A stretch of DNA of 64,000 bases from Heptranchias perlo (Eukaryota): positions 3,720,001 to 3,784,000 of the forward strand of contig NW_027139581.1 of assembly GCF_035084215.1 (NCBI RefSeq), written 5' to 3'. This document shows, piece after piece, positions 61,459-64,000 of this stretch. Position 1 is the first letter of the stretch. Every line of letters starts with the position of its first letter. The translations under genes and the position numbers were made by a program. The notes under the pieces were generated by a model. That model searched no databases. It had not been told where the DNA came from and worked only from the letters and a program-made list of their open reading frames with translations.

Positions 61459-62349
61459 GCCTGGAGCTCCGTGAGCTAAAGCCCGGGGCTGGAAATCATC
61501 CGCCTCCTTCAGCAGTAGTTTGGCTCCTCCTCTCTTTTCCTTTCTCAGCTCAACGATCTGATTTTCGATCATCAAAAAATTAGCACCAATAATCCATTTT
61601 CTGTGCTCACCTCTCAAAACTAGATTTGCTTTGTATTGGCTAGTTATCGATCTAGATAATACAGTTAATCCAAAACAATTTCAGTTTAAAGATAGTATAT
61701 GGAGTCTGATTCTCCCACATTTTTAATCCCTATTCAGTTGGTGTCACTGAATCGAATGCAAAAGGAGAGAGGAAGTGATTATTATTGTACCAATTCTATC
61801 GGATGTTCAACAAATTTTGGGAAACTATTGCCTTTATTTTCAGGTATCAGATATCGTTTCTATGCAGTTCTTTACTTAATGTGAGCTCTCCCCATCACTC
61901 GGGCCCCTGATACTAACTTTACTATCGGTAGTGGGGTAAAGTTACTCATATTGAACGATTGTAAATTGTGAAGCAATCCACCTGTCTTTGCAGGAGATTA
62001 CACAGTTTCTCCAAAACTGTCTCCCTCAGAATTAAATTCTCAAATGCCTTGCTTTCTAATGAGAATTACCATATTGCACATTGTAAATGTCCTTAATACT
62101 GCAAAATTAAAGACTATTGAAAAGTGTGAAACAAAAAAATAAACGTAGACATTGTTTTATTAATGTTAGATAGATTTTTAATTTTTACAAGGAAAGTGAG
62201 ATTATTAGTTCACATGTTCTAGTTAAAGGTCTGATCTTTGATTCATTGTTGGATTAATCAGAGATGCAGCTGTTTTGGTTCCAGTGAACGTGACTCCCAG
62301 CGCTGGGTAGAATTCGTGTTGTGGGCAACAGTTCACTTGTTTCCAAATC

Positions 62350-62450
62350 TGTCTCTCTCTCTCTATTTCTCTCTATATCTGTCTCTATCTGTCTGTCTGT
62401 GTCTCTCACTCACTCACTCACACACACACACGCACACACACACACACACG
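62350..62450. repeat. (CT)n/(CA)n microsatellite
   Basis: Direct inspection. Confidence 0.8.
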
Positions 62451-64000
62451 TATATCTATTTCTATCGCAGAAACTGGACATGTAAATTCATTTCAAAATT
62501 TACAGCGCCTCTTCTAACTTTTGATTCCAATTACAAATCAACGGAACTGAATAATTACCAACAGATTCTGCACTATGTGCAATTTAATTACACAATCAAT
62601 GGATGTATATAAACGTATTCTGTGTGTATATATTAAATATATGATATTATACATGGTACGTTCCCTGGATATACATATATATATATATATAATTTTTAAA
62701 AATTTAACTTGAATGCAGTGTTGGAATTACAGTCAGACCAGATCTGTTTGTAACTATATTTCACCGTCTCAGTGTTCGTTGCTGTTGTTCGCTTTGATTA
62801 TACACGAACAGCTTTCAGTATTCCCGAGTCCTGTAAAGAAAGAATAATTTCATAAAATGCTTGTATTTTATCGGTTATTCTGTTCCTCATATCAATAACC
62901 GCCTGTATATTTTTGTGGAAGTAGCACATCTTCCCCAGCCTACTGCCGGATTATAGTAGGTTATGGAAAATATCAAGGCTAGAATGGTCTGTACTCGGGA
63001 TTGAAAATTATTTCAATAATATCTCAAGGTTCTCACATTCTATAATCGCATTTTATGATATTGTACAGGGGGGATTTGCAGACAATTAGACTTTAGATGT
63101 TATCGCATGTAAAAGACGTGTTTTTGCTGAGTAGTTAAACCTCGTTTTGTTGAAACCCAAACTCAAGCCATATCTGTAAAACATTCCTTGGCGGGAAGTC
63201 CGTCTTACTGTCGTCAGGAAATGGCGAAAACTCACAATGTAATTTACAAGAAGCATCTGCGGGTTCTGTGGAGTAAATCAATGAGCTGTTTCCTGACAAC
63301 TGACCGCAGAGCTGAAAGCCGAGTTCAACCTCCATTCATTGTGAGTAAAGCCTAAAGGTACACAGATCTACCCAGCAACAATTGATACTGACTTCACAAC
63401 GCACCCCATTGGTTATAATAAGTTGTACTGAGATCAATTTTTAAAGCCAGAATTATTGCTCATTGATTGAGGCATTTTCATAAATTGCTGCTGTCATTAC
63501 TTTTATGGCCGTGGACGGAAGTTAGCTCAGCGCTTCAGTCACCAAGCCGGGCCGAAAACCGGTACAGAAGCTATAATTATGCTCAATGAAGTTGTTAGGT
63601 AATTGATAGGTAATTGAGATGGATGGACGGACGGACCAATGGATGGATGGATTGCAGGACGGGTAGATTTGGATCGATTTGTGGGATGTAAAAGGTGCTT
63701 ATGTCCATTCACATTTTTGCATGAATTTTGTTTCCTAGACTGAGGTCGGCCCCTCATCACTGGCGCTGCCTGAATCATTCCCCCAATCCCTCCTGATTTG
63801 CAGGATAATACGGCCTCCTCCAATATCCACATCCAATTGCCTGAGTTGCTCTACCTATTCATTAAGAGAAGGCTGAGGATTTCCATCCGCTTCTTGTAAC
63901 TCTAGTCTGATCAGGGCAAATCTTCATCAGAAAGAGATGAAGCGGAAATCTGACCGGGGTGAGGAGAGACAGAGTCTCAGACATGCAACATGTATCAATT

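Noticed and set aside
61374-61800. Octamer in the VH promoter
   Set aside because: No perfect ATGCAAAT/ATTTGCAT seen, only one-mismatch words; consistent with shark IgH promoters as recalled.
63135-63832. Short ORFs upstream of the Ig leader
   Set aside because: No recognisable domain; one overlaps a (GGAT)n microsatellite.

Overview
Eukaryotic, repeat-rich DNA from a cartilaginous fish (shark-like: cluster-type Ig locus, shark CR1/L2 LINEs, Deu-type SINE). Left to right: a 67-bp satellite and three CpG-rich promoter-like islands; one intact C2H2 zinc-finger ORF (4734-5579) and two decayed paralogs; a two-exon GPR139-like GPCR on the minus strand; a 35-bp satellite; a decayed Harbinger/PIF DNA transposon (Myb/SANT gene plus DDE transposase) containing four separate internal tandem amplifications; and a tRNA-Leu(TAA). 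On the minus strand from 61373 to about 40400 lies a complete, unrearranged immunoglobulin heavy-chain minilocus: leader-VH-D1-D2-JH-Cmu1-Cmu2-Cmu3-Cmu4/secretory tail-TM1-TM2. All its splice sites and 23/12-22/12-12/23 RSSs were read directly. The most notable signal is that the constant region is clearly IgM (mu) while the VH has IgW(omega)-like framework features, and several RSS elements are non-canonical. Family assignments come from recalled motifs, not database searches. LINE boundaries are approximate.
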